A DNA stretch of 64,000 nt from Lytechinus pictus (lineage: Eukaryota): assembly GCF_037042905.1 (NCBI RefSeq), contig NC_087245.1, positions 32,552,001-32,616,000 on the forward strand, given 5' to 3'. Under the pieces are notes generated by a model that was given only the letters and a program-made list of their open reading frames with translations, was not told the DNA's origin and did not search any database. Positions 12,901-23,534 of this stretch are shown piece by piece (position 1 is the first letter of the stretch; each line of letters starts with the position of its first letter). The position numbers were made by a program, and so were the translations under genes.

Positions 12901-14673
12901 AATTCAAATCTAAATAAAAATCGATTTACAAGATAAAACAAAACAGTATCAAAGCAAATTAGAAATTTCTAAAAACTTAATCCTGTACACGACAGCCAGA
13001 TTATTGCCTTTCCAAAAAGAGGACACAACATAATGGAACACCCTTAACATCACCATCAAATACTATCCAACATTGATTAGACAGTGTGTACCAATTGCAG
13101 GATTTATTTGCCACAATGTGTTACTCATTGGTATACTGTGAGGTTATCCACAGGAATAAACCTTTTAGTAATTATGGTATGACTAAGGATGTTCTTCTGG
13201 AGGAATGCTGACTTTAATAGTGTCATGCAGATGTACTTTGGACAATCATACAACTCTCTGTACTGTTATCGAGCATAGGAGACTAACTGCCAATTAAGAG
13301 GACTTTAACAAGAACATACCGTTAACCATGTCTTCTTCCGACACAAGTTGCCTCAATGAGCTAATGAGACAATGGACATAAGTTGTGTCGGAATATGTCA
13401 AGAGTTTTAGAGAAAGGCTAGGAAGGCTTGCACATTCTAGAGCTCCAAAAGCATCAGTAAGGTAAAGCTCAGAATTGCTACAATGCATTAGAGATGACCA
13501 TAAGAGGGTTTGTAGACAAGCCTATAATACATTATTTGTTGACCGGATTGACAATCCAGGCTGTAACAATTAGCATGTTGGGAGCCCTTAATATCAATAG
13601 CTATGACTACATTGGAATAACATTATTAAAGGAAGGCAAAGATTTATAGTCTTAGTATTCACCACTGATCATGATGATGGTGACGCTGATCTACAAGTCC
13701 TGGGACCCAGTCCTGACCCAGATATGGCCAGAAAACATATTGTTTAGTCAAGCAGGTGTAGCCAGACTACTGAAGAAATTGTTAAAGAAAAAACCTGCAT
13801 GAAGCTACTACGCCAGACGGAATCTCTGCTACACATCATTCTTAGTGAGACTACTCATCAGATCTTACCTGCCATAAGTTTGCTTTTCCTGGCCTCCCTT
13901 TATCATGTTTATCCGGTAAAATTTCAAGAAAGTTGTCAAATCTAACAAACTACACACCATTTCAAATTATGTGCTTTGTATTTGCCAATCCCATCATCTT
14001 GTCAGACTAACAACGCGGCTTAGGAAGCGAATAACATATTTCTAGTATTTTTCCGTGAATGTAAATCATATTAGGATTTGAATGCTTAGTGATAGCAGCA
14101 TATTAATTTGAAAAACTGGAATGTTTTCACTGCAGTCAATGTGATAAAAATCAAAATTTCTTGACATTTTCCATATAAGGATACTTATTTGCATAATATG
14201 CAAATGAGGCAGATTTGCTAGCATTTTAAAATAAAGACATTTAACTGATAGTGATATAGTAGCATGTTAATGCCAACATTAATGAAATGTTTCCAAGCAG
14301 TCTGTATGAGAAAAATCACAATATCTTGACATTTTTCCATATAAGGATGCTTATTTGCATAATATGCAAATGAGGTAGAAATGTTTGCACTTTTGATTAA
14401 AAACATTGAATTCAGTTATTTATCATGAATTTCCATTCAAATTAAATTGTTTCAGACATTTAATTTGTAATCTTTGGATTATTTCCCTTCTTTTTCAATT
14501 TTTTCATGGCTAATTTGCTTAATATGCAAATTTCATAAATTTCCACTGCTTGGATTTCTTGGGAATTTTAGTATGTTGTTTAGGGGACCTTCCTGGATAG
14601 CATTTCAGTGGAATATCTCGTGTTGCAATTAGTGGTGGGTTACTCCCCTATTCTGGCTAGATTGACCGGACTA
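9980..14673. mobile_element. Academ-like DNA transposon with decayed transposase remnants
   Basis: tta|tagtccagtcaat ... attgaccggacta|tta (3-bp TSD), with TIRs of about 0.5 kb. Minus-strand remnants: HEFMNGCHVAR (~11900-11950) and SLYNMIGVTA..VNINQARSVGKVIM (~11040-11130). Plus-strand remnant: DGDADL (~13680). Confidence 0.85.
11340..11816 (+). mobile_element. 3' end of an L2-clade LINE nested in the Academ-like element
   Basis: RPTRSLRS...RAFNISGPKMWNSLP C-terminal motif, short 3' UTR and (CAT)n tail. Confidence 0.85.
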
Positions 14674-15978
14674 TTAGGCCTACCCTACACATTCGTATTG
14701 TAACTCTATAGAATTCAGTCATGAGTTTAGATTGCATACAACAGCTCCTTCCATTGGACTCATTACATATCAAAGCTTCGAAAATGTATATTTAAGTATT
14801 TGGGGTGATTTGTCATAAATCACATTTCCGTAACACCTAAGTTTTAACAAAATTTCCCCAAAAACTTCAATTTTTTACATTAAACAATAAATCATTTATA
14901 TATATTACAAAATCTGTTATTACGGAGCAGTGCGTGATACTGCTACCAAAAATCCATAATTCATCTAGCACAATAGCCTAATATCGGTTATAAATAGCAA
15001 TTTAAAACTAAATTCATCCTAAATTCGAAGTTGAAGTTTACATAACATACGTCACAGGAAATCGTACGATTCTGCTGATCTATCGTATTTTCTTTTCTTT
15101 CTTTTTTTCACATGAAAATGCATACCAGTTTGATATGGACCACGTTAATTAAGTGACCTTTTAAATGTTGTTAGTACGAATTACTACAAATTCTGCAGTG
15201 TGAGTATTCACGTTCATGCTTTACGGCCCTCTAAACATTTTCCTTGGAGGGCCTATGCCTGTGTTACGTGTTTCCTGTGTTTCGGGAGAAGTTGGAGCGG
15301 GGCGCCGCAACGCGTTGAGGGGTAAGAATCCCTCGAGACCACAACATGAATGACCGATTTATGAAAGTATCGGTATATCATTGATAAATACCTGGTTCAC
15401 TTTTGACGATTCGTATCACGATTAAAGCCGTGGTGTTAATCGCAGTGATCGTATCAGTTCGTATCAGATCAGTCGTGACAATCGCATCGATCGTAGCAAA
15501 ATTTGAAAGGTTCATTTTTTCGCGATCAGCTACGAAAAGCCAAATGTAGCGTTTGTAACAGATAACACGACAGTGAGGACGAGGGATAAGGCCCGGCGCA
15601 AAGTATACGATTCGTTGCGATCCGAATTTCAAAGAAATTGTAATAACATGCATTTGATATTGACATTCCAACCAATAAAATCATAGCGTTCAAAGTTCAG
15701 AATAGTGGTAGGACTACTGAAATCGAAATTCAGTCTCTAGTTCGAGCCTCCCGGTACGCAAATCCGAATCGTAATAACGTCATCATTTGGACTTTACTCC
15801 GACCACAAGGGCTTGCTGCAAATCAAAAGTATGATTTTATTATTTCTAACATGATGTAGAACTTAAAAGGAACTAATCTTTCTTCCTAGAACTTTCACAT
15901 TTTGATGCGAAATGCGATTTATAAAAAAAATTGCATCTAACCGCATAGTGAGCGCTGGGCTATTACCTCCCAAAGGAC

Positions 15979-16743
15979 CTATTTGGTAACAGTGTTGATA
16001 ACCTGTTTACCTGATATATCAGCATCTTCATGGTCATGTACAAAACTTCCCTGTTTTGGTATAGAACCATCATCGTCGTTCACTGCACTAGATTCACTGT
16101 GAGAACGCGTATTGCGAGAGAAAAGGTCACTAAGACATTTCCGAAATTCGGTTAACCGAGTCCAGTATATGACTGGATTTAATATGCCATTTAATCCCAT
16201 CAAGGTAAATGATAGGGATAGATAAATCGTATACCAACGGTATACCTCGAAAGTTGTTGCGTTTCGAACCCAGTCTGTCTTCAAAAAGGGAATAAAGTAA
16301 TTAAAGATAATCGGAAATAAGCAAACGACATTCGAGACTGAGACGAGTGCAAATGTAGCCAGGACACTCTTGTTTTGTTTAACGCGCTTTTCTAGCGCAC
16401 GCCCCGACAGACCGGCCTTGCGCCCAGCGCTTGCGATAGCCCAGTACACGATAACGTAACAAGCCACACAAAGACATTGTGCTACAACGCTAATGATGAA
16501 TAGAAGATAATTTTGAATTCCCGAATAACGATGACGCTCAATTAGTTTGGCGATGATGAAGAAGGCCCCGATAGGGATAATCCAAATGAAGATACAGGCC
16601 AATATGCAGCGAGGCGCCGTTACCAGGTTCCGCTTGTTGAATGGGTCGAAACGGAGGGTGATGAGTCGAAACATAGCTACAGATAAGGTGCTACCTGCTT
16701 CGATGATCAGTGATGCACGCATTACCAATATAACATTGTTATC
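15979..16743 (-). CDS. Class A (rhodopsin-like) orphan GPCR, coding exon 2 (TM3-TM7 and C-tail)
   Basis: Acceptor ttgttgtcgtttcag|GAT, phase 0, open for 254 aa. Five hydrophobic helices with AMFRL (DRY site), FIWIIP, CLFP and NPVIY. Confidence 0.9.
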   Translation of the reverse strand, partial: DNNVILVMRASLIIEAGSTLSVAMFRLITLRFDPFNKRNLVTAPRCILACIFIWIIPIGAFFIIAKLIERHRYSGIQNYLLFIISVVAQCLCVACYVIVYWAIASAGRKAGLSGRALEKRVKQNKSVLATFALVSVSNVVCLFPIIFNYFIPFLKTDWVRNATTFEVYRWYTIYLSLSFTLMGLNGILNPVIYWTRLTEFRKCLSDLFSRNTRSHSESSAVNDDDGSIPKQGSFVHDHEDADISGKQVINTVTK

Positions 16744-16956
16744 CTGAAACGACAACAAAAAGAGGATTTCTTTAATATATATTTATCCCATTCCTGTAAT
16801 GCGTTCTAAGGCAAGTTTCTAAAATATTTCGATCAAAAATGCATCAAATTTACACGCATTATTGGCAGTGAGTCCAAACTTCGCGTACGTACTTCGCGGA
16901 CTGTCTTTATCTAAAAAAACTAGCCAATATCCTTAGAAATCTGACATCATTTTTAA

Positions 16957-17351
16957 AGAGAAATTCCAGTAGTTGCAGTAAACACTGATTTCATGAGAAA
17001 GTCTGTAAAACCAGGCTTAATTGTCAGTATATCATCGAGGATCTAGATCTGGTACAGTTACATAAACTGAACTTTGTGAAATCTTGAAATCTACTCTGAA
17101 AAATGTTCAGACTGAACTTCCCCAACACAGATAAGCGCACGTGGGACAGTGTATAATTATTGCTTTGAGCGTCGGGCCCGACGCTCTACCCGAATCCTGT
17201 GCTTATTTGCTGATTTATCAGCAATTACACAATTTCTTCCAGAATCCTTTGGCACATGCGTTTTATTTATACAAACAGACACTTTGGTGGTCATTTCATT
17301 GGATTCTGTATGAACTCATTTTGATATCGTTACCAAAACTAGCATTTACCT
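16957..17351. mobile_element. TTAA-flanked MITE (Kolobok-like)
   Basis: ttaa|agagaaattccag ... ctagcatttacct|ttaa. Same family as 44160-44561. Confidence 0.85.
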
Positions 17352-18250
17352 TTAAGCATTTTGTCATCAATCTTATATAAATAACTTACCTTCTGAGCTT
17401 GAGTTTTTTTTAAATCTCCACAAAAAGTTTGGTCCGCGAGGTCACACTTTTTCAGAACAGTTTTCCAGCACAGCGCGCATTCGTCGATCGGAATAGAATT
17501 TTGAGATCGCGATACCGGCGGCGAAACCCCTTGACCTACTTCACATTTTCGTAAATGATTTTATAGTTTACGATCTGGCCGTCAGACACCCCATCATACT
17601 TGTAAACTTGTCGGTAATACAAAATGGATTAGTCAAAATAATATCCCTTGGTAAGTAATGTGTTCGACCGATAAAATTTGCCAAAATCAACCAAATTAAA
17701 ACAGTGGGTGATTTCAAGTTCAGTGTTGACCTTTTGGTTTTTGTGTTGGGTCAATTTTTACATAACATAGTATAACACCAAATATAAAAGGAAGATCGTC
17801 CTTAAAAGTCACTCACTAGTTGTTGGTTGTAGAGAAAGGTATACTAAAGGGGTGTGAACATTAAAATTCGGGGGTTCATGTGCTTGTTTTTAAACGATCC
17901 ATCAGCACCTTTGTTGGAGCAAAATAATGTGCTTTTAAAAAACACAAAAACGCATCGAAATGCTTGTCTCTACATAAACATAAATTCTACACCACTGTCC
18001 CATTAAATCAAACTTGAGGTCACATTTGACTTCGCAGCACTGCAAAGTAAAGTATTCTAAAGGGGTCGAGGCGTTTGAAAAGATTATTTTCAGCTAATAG
18101 CTTCGTAAAATAACACACACAGATGCTGATAGAGTGCCGATCACTGGAAAAAAAATCAGCCGATGCCTGTAGCTGATTACTCACCTGTTCTTGTGACGTC
18201 AACGCGCATGGCGTAAAGTATGCGCAGATAGGGATGCGCACAAACATAAA

Positions 18251-18674
18251 GGCCCGAATTCACAAAGGTTTTGAAAACCCACGGTTGAGTCCATGGTTTA
18301 TGCAGATTTCCTGTATAAATTACGCTTACTTTACCGCGTATCGGGCGCGTGTATAAAAAATGTCCAATGCTGATGCGCGCTTTTGTCACAGTGCGCCAAA
18401 TTGACGCCTATTACCATGGTTAGATACGCTATTTTATGCATGAGTCCACCGTTTTTATTCATGAGTCCACTCTTCAAACAGTGGACTCATGAATAAAATA
18501 GCCATGGTAACAGGCGTCAATTTGGCGAACTGTGACAAAAGCGCGCATCAGCATTGGACATTTTTTTATACACGCGCCCGATACGCGGTAAAGTAAGCGT
18601 AATTTATACAGGAAATCTGCATAAACCATGGACTCAACCGTGGGTTTTCAAAACCACCTTTGTGAATTCGGGCG
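18251..18674. mobile_element. Near-perfect ~420-bp palindromic MITE (PIF/Harbinger-like GGCCC ends)
   Basis: gcccgaattcacaaagg ... cctttgtgaattcgggc, with arms of about 190 bp that are nearly identical. Confidence 0.85.
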
Positions 18675-19425
18675 AAAGGGAACGTCCTTAGAAGCAAAAA
18701 TGAAATATTTTAAAGATAAAATAACCTCAGAATACCACCTCGGAATACCGCCACTCGTCTTTCCACAGAGCCTTTCGAAATTGTCATTGAAAATACGGTT
18801 GTATTGTTAGACCAATTCCGAAGATTGCAGATAAACATTCTATTACAAAATTAGATCTTTAGGATCACTGTTACAATTGCCAAGAATTCAATTATATCAT
18901 CCTTCTAAAACCACCTAAAGGTGCATAGTTGCGTCCTTTTAGGTGTCACATTGACATTACCTAAAAAAAAGAAATTATAGCTTTGCTTTTTTTTATTATA
19001 ATGAATGTAATTTTTGCACCTTCGTTTCTAATGGTGCAGTGTGACCGTAGGGTGATCGTATCATGCTAATCCCACGAACTCACTTGGGTGACGTTCGGCA
19101 ATCGTACAAGTTTCGAGAAAGATTCGTGATCGTCGATAGGTCTACGATTTTCTTCTACGCGGAGGTATAAACTTTTTTGCAAAAAAAATCTTAAGTTCAT
19201 AGCCTTTAACGCATCGCTGGGTCATCACGGTCATCGTAAGATCATTTTTTTTTTTTTTTTTTTGTAATAGTATTTATTAATCATGTGATGGCGCTCTCGT
19301 AACAAGAACAGCAAATTATCCGTCTCTCCTGATTTTCACATTGTTTTGAGGTCTAAATTGCAGTTATATGCAGGATTACCAACCAAGGACAACTACATAA
19401 CGTTCCTAATCTTATATTGGATAAG

Positions 19426-20421
19426 ATGTCTTACGACCTAAGAAAATCTCAGAAGGGAAAGCCTACAAAAACCACTGGATCTGTACCAACGAAAAGGCCA
19501 AACCCATTCTCGCACAACATGTACAAAGCTCTACCGGATCAGCTTACCCCCAGCCAGAGACCTGGGGAGCCAAGCCAGGTAAGCAGCCCTGCCAACACAT
19601 CCGTGATTACACCTGTTAACGGAACTAACACCTCTACGCCTGACCGCACATTCCAAGATCAAGACTTCGAACAATCTAAATTGGATTTATTCCTAACAAA
19701 GAAATTCGAAGCTATGCTTGAAAGGGCTGTTGATCGGCTTGCTAAGAAGATTGAAGCTGTTGAGTCACTTCTAGGGGATTCCCTGGAATTCGAGCGACAA
19801 AGGGTCAATGACCTTCAGGTCAAACAAAATCATCTAGAGACCAGGATCAAGAACTTGGAAGAAGAAGTGGCAAAGAACGGAGCCGCTACTAACAAATCGG
19901 AACGATTCTCCAGGAGAAATAACATTCGTCTGGTTGGGATCGACGAGTATCAGCAACCAACATCTCTTCCCGCCGATAGCGCATCTTCATCCGATAGTTC
20001 ATCAGCTTCTGAACCTCACCAGGAAGATTGCATCACGCTAGCCGAAGACAAACTACGATCTTTCTTTGGTATTACGTCGAAAGTTGAACGAGCTCATCGT
20101 GACGGTAGGAAAACCAACGGAAGACCTCGTCACATTCTTGTGAAGCTTCTGTCATATCGCGATAAAGTTGATGTAATGAAAAGAGCTCGCTCCGTTCTGA
20201 AAAACCAGAGTTTCTTCATCATCGATGACCTTACCAGCGCTGACCTCCAGGAAAAACGTAAATGGTCCAAACAGGTCCAGGCCCTTTACGCCCAAGGAAC
20301 CAAATTGCGTTTTTATGCAGGAAAATGGCGACTCCGTGGAGGTGACCCTTTCAATTTTGAGTCTTCATCCGACGACACCTCTCGCATCACAACCATTGGT
20401 CACGCTGGAGTAGTGTTCTAA
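19426..20421 (+). CDS. LINE ORF1 protein (L1-ORF1/Transposase_22-like: coiled coil, RRM, CTD), 331 aa from the first ATG
   Basis: Heptad region followed by SRRNNIRLVGI, VERAHR, PRHILVKLLSY.DK and FIIDDL. The ORF is uninterrupted. Confidence 0.88.
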   Translation: MSYDLRKSQKGKPTKTTGSVPTKRPNPFSHNMYKALPDQLTPSQRPGEPSQVSSPANTSVITPVNGTNTSTPDRTFQDQDFEQSKLDLFLTKKFEAMLERAVDRLAKKIEAVESLLGDSLEFERQRVNDLQVKQNHLETRIKNLEEEVAKNGAATNKSERFSRRNNIRLVGIDEYQQPTSLPADSASSSDSSSASEPHQEDCITLAEDKLRSFFGITSKVERAHRDGRKTNGRPRHILVKLLSYRDKVDVMKRARSVLKNQSFFIIDDLTSADLQEKRKWSKQVQALYAQGTKLRFYAGKWRLRGGDPFNFESSSDDTSRITTIGHAGVVF

Positions 20422-22555
20422 TTTTCTCAACCCGCTGTATGAACCAAGGTTAGTTTCAATCTCCCTGTGACGGCAACGTTCCTTCTTCTTTTTTGCAAAT
20501 ATACATAAAGAGATTAACGTTTTCACCTTTGTTTTTTTCCTTTTTTTATCGCTATTCATTTCGATAATGAGATATCATCCTTCTCAAGTGATTAATTTTA
20601 GTCTCCGAATCATCTGAAGACCCGTGGTTTTGATTTTTCGTGGGATGTTTACAACTTGGTCACTGAGATCTCGGACTATTATCACGATTATACAATTATT
20701 ATCAATAACTTCCTCGATCGTTCTTAAGACGGCATGATTGAATTTTATCTTTTCGCATGATTCATGTGTTTTCGCATTCATGATTTTCCTCCAGGTCAAT
20801 TAAGCCTCAAGTACTTTTTTTTGCAACAATGATGTCGACTCCTTGAGAGAAAATTTGATGTTCTTTTTGATTTTGATTCAACTATAATTATGTCGAGAAG
20901 AAATAACTCGATGTTCGTTATAATTTTGCTATGACAATATGCATATCCTCGATCTGGATATCAATGTTATTATTCGTATAAATGGTAAAAAGGGGAAACT
21001 GCTTTTTTATATTTCACTCTCTATAACATCTAAGTGCTGTTAGTGGATATTTCAATTAAAGAAGGCCTACCATGTACTAAATCATTCTTATCTCGCCTAT
21101 ATACGATCTATTTAATTGGCACCCTTTCACCAATAGGCTCTACTTTTATATTTCCCAACATTGATCCGTTTTTTATGCATCTAGATACCTTATTCGTTTG
21201 CATGTTGTGTGTTCACCTAGCTTTAGGTTCAAGCCTGAGGCAAACCATAAATTTATAAATCGAAATCATAACTGAATCGCACAAAAAATCTCGTTCATCA
21301 AAAGTAGTTTATGTTGCTTATTAATATAATTCATGTATAAATCACTTACACGGATGTTTGTGTGAGTGTGCTTTTAAGTCCTAGTATGCACCAATTCTAA
21401 ACAATCTAGCTACACTACTTTAGTCTTATTAAGCAGTTAAGGGTGGATGCAGGATCTTACACACTCTGATTTACCGGCCATCAATCATTTGTATTCATTT
21501 AATGTAGAATCGTTATTCCACATGATGTTGGCATCTGTTTTTTGTTTGTTCTTTTTGTAATATGTGCAATCTAATCACTTATATACACTGGTTTTATTGT
21601 TTTCCTTTCTCGTACGTTCATGATTTTCTTAAAATGAGTCGATTAGAAACCACATGCGCTTTAGCACCGTGTTTACAAAAGACATTGACACGATAGAGGC
21701 ATTTACTTCATAATTTCTCACAACTTGAAAAGTCTTCCTACCAAATTTGAGAAATCACAATGTTGAAGCTTACAGGGTATGATTGTCTCTTTTTCATGTT
21801 CATCCAATCAAAGTGTCAACGAGATCCAATATATAAAAAGTGTTTACTTTCTGATTGATATCAATTGCCATCTATTTTGAACAGAATCACGCATCTCCTT
21901 TTCACGTTGGTCATCAGTATTTGTTTTATGTTCTATTGGTACAGTTTTCCCCACTTCGAACATGCTGCTTTGTAATTTCTCTTCCCCGTTATAATATATC
22001 TGAATTGATCAGTAGCAAATAGCTATTTGCTATATACTACGTTTTATTTTCCTAAAATCATACTCAATTTCAGTAAAATCAAACTCATGGCTACGCGCCT
22101 CTTGTTACTTCTATCAAGACACCTATACTGTTTTATCGCCCAAGGTGTGCTTGACGTTAAGCTTGATGTTCATCCAATTTTAAGTTTTATCAGGAACCAA
22201 ATTTGCAAATTTGTTATATAAGGTTAATACGACTAATTGAAGTACACTTCATTGCTAATTTGCTTACTACTCCTTGATACGGATAACACATTTTGCAGAT
22301 GTCTCCTTTTGTATTCATTACGCACCAGCAAACTTGACAATATAGGCTACATCAGAAATTGAACTTTACTGAATTAATCGTGCTTGGAGCGCGAAGCCTT
22401 ATCATTGGCTTGCCAATGACCTCCTTGTCTCTTTTGTTTGGAAATGACTCATTAAAGGGTTAAATGCAGTGAATTGTTATTTTATTTGTCAATTCAATAT
22501 CAGTGACGAAGGGAAACTCCCTGGTCATATATATTTTGGACTTATCGAATTTACC

Positions 22556-22828
22556 GCGTAGAGGCTCCCTGCATCGCGCCGGTTCCTTGGGGTGCAGTTC
22601 GGGTCGCGGTGGGGAGCTGTGAGGCTTTTGCCGGGGGTTGGTGGACCGGGACAGCACCGGAATCTCCAATTCTGGGTGGCGACATGTTTGCGTCTGTTCG
22701 TGTGGTGCAAATATTCGAATTTTCTGCTGTCCCGGTCCGCCGGCTTTCGGCGGGAGCCTCGGGGCTCTCCGCTGCGACTCTGGCTGCATTTGCAGAAGAA
22801 TCGGTGCGTTAATGAGCTTCGCCTGCGT
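22556..22828 (+). ncRNA. Long G-U-rich RNA stem-loop in the LINE inter-ORF spacer
   Basis: 22591-22656 pairs without gaps with 22725-22790 (45 WC, 19 G-U, 2 mismatches, counted by hand). There are further outer helices and two apical hairpins. Confidence 0.8.
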
Positions 22829-23534
22829 CCCTGCAGTGAATTTGAGAACTACCTAGATCTTGCATCGTTAACACAATCTTTAATCATTGCAATGTTTTGG
22901 TTCTTTTTAATATTTTGCCTCTTGTTTTTTCCCTGAGAACCACTTACCACTGACGTATATTTACGCAATGATTTTTTGTATGTATATTCATATGATCGAT
23001 CTTTCTTATTCTACATATCATACAGGCTTAAATCCTGCTTCCTGCTTTGTTTTTTTTTTTTTTACTATTTAGCTTTCTCCATTTGATATGACCTCGTTTG
23101 TTATTTTTGATAGATTTCATCACGCTTCAGGAGAGACGGACACAGTATGATTATTATTTTTTTTCTGTCCTTGCCTTAGTTTGCTTACTTACGTTCTTGT
23201 TGATATTTGTTGCTTGTTTGTTTACATTTGGCCTATTTTAAGTTATTCACTAAGGATCAGTCAAGTTTGCTTTGTTTTCATTTTTGTCCTGTTTTTCATC
23301 ACCTTTATTTCCAACCCCCCCTCCAAACTTTGCACTGCACAAGGTCATTATATATCTCACACTAGTGTTCAATTCCCCTGCTTTATTTTTGTTCTTTCTT
23401 CTTTTACTCCTCTTTTATTGCCTTTTCACTGACACACATTTTTTTTTCTCCTCTTCTACACATACTCGGGAACAGGCACGTAGCACAGTGTATTGCTTCC
23501 TTTAGGTTTCGTTTACCCACCATCTCCCCTGCTA

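Noticed and set aside
22460..22936. Five overlapping short ORFs as a possible third LINE gene
   Set aside because: They are explained by the GC-rich, stop-poor hairpin. They have no recognisable domain and mostly non-ATG starts.
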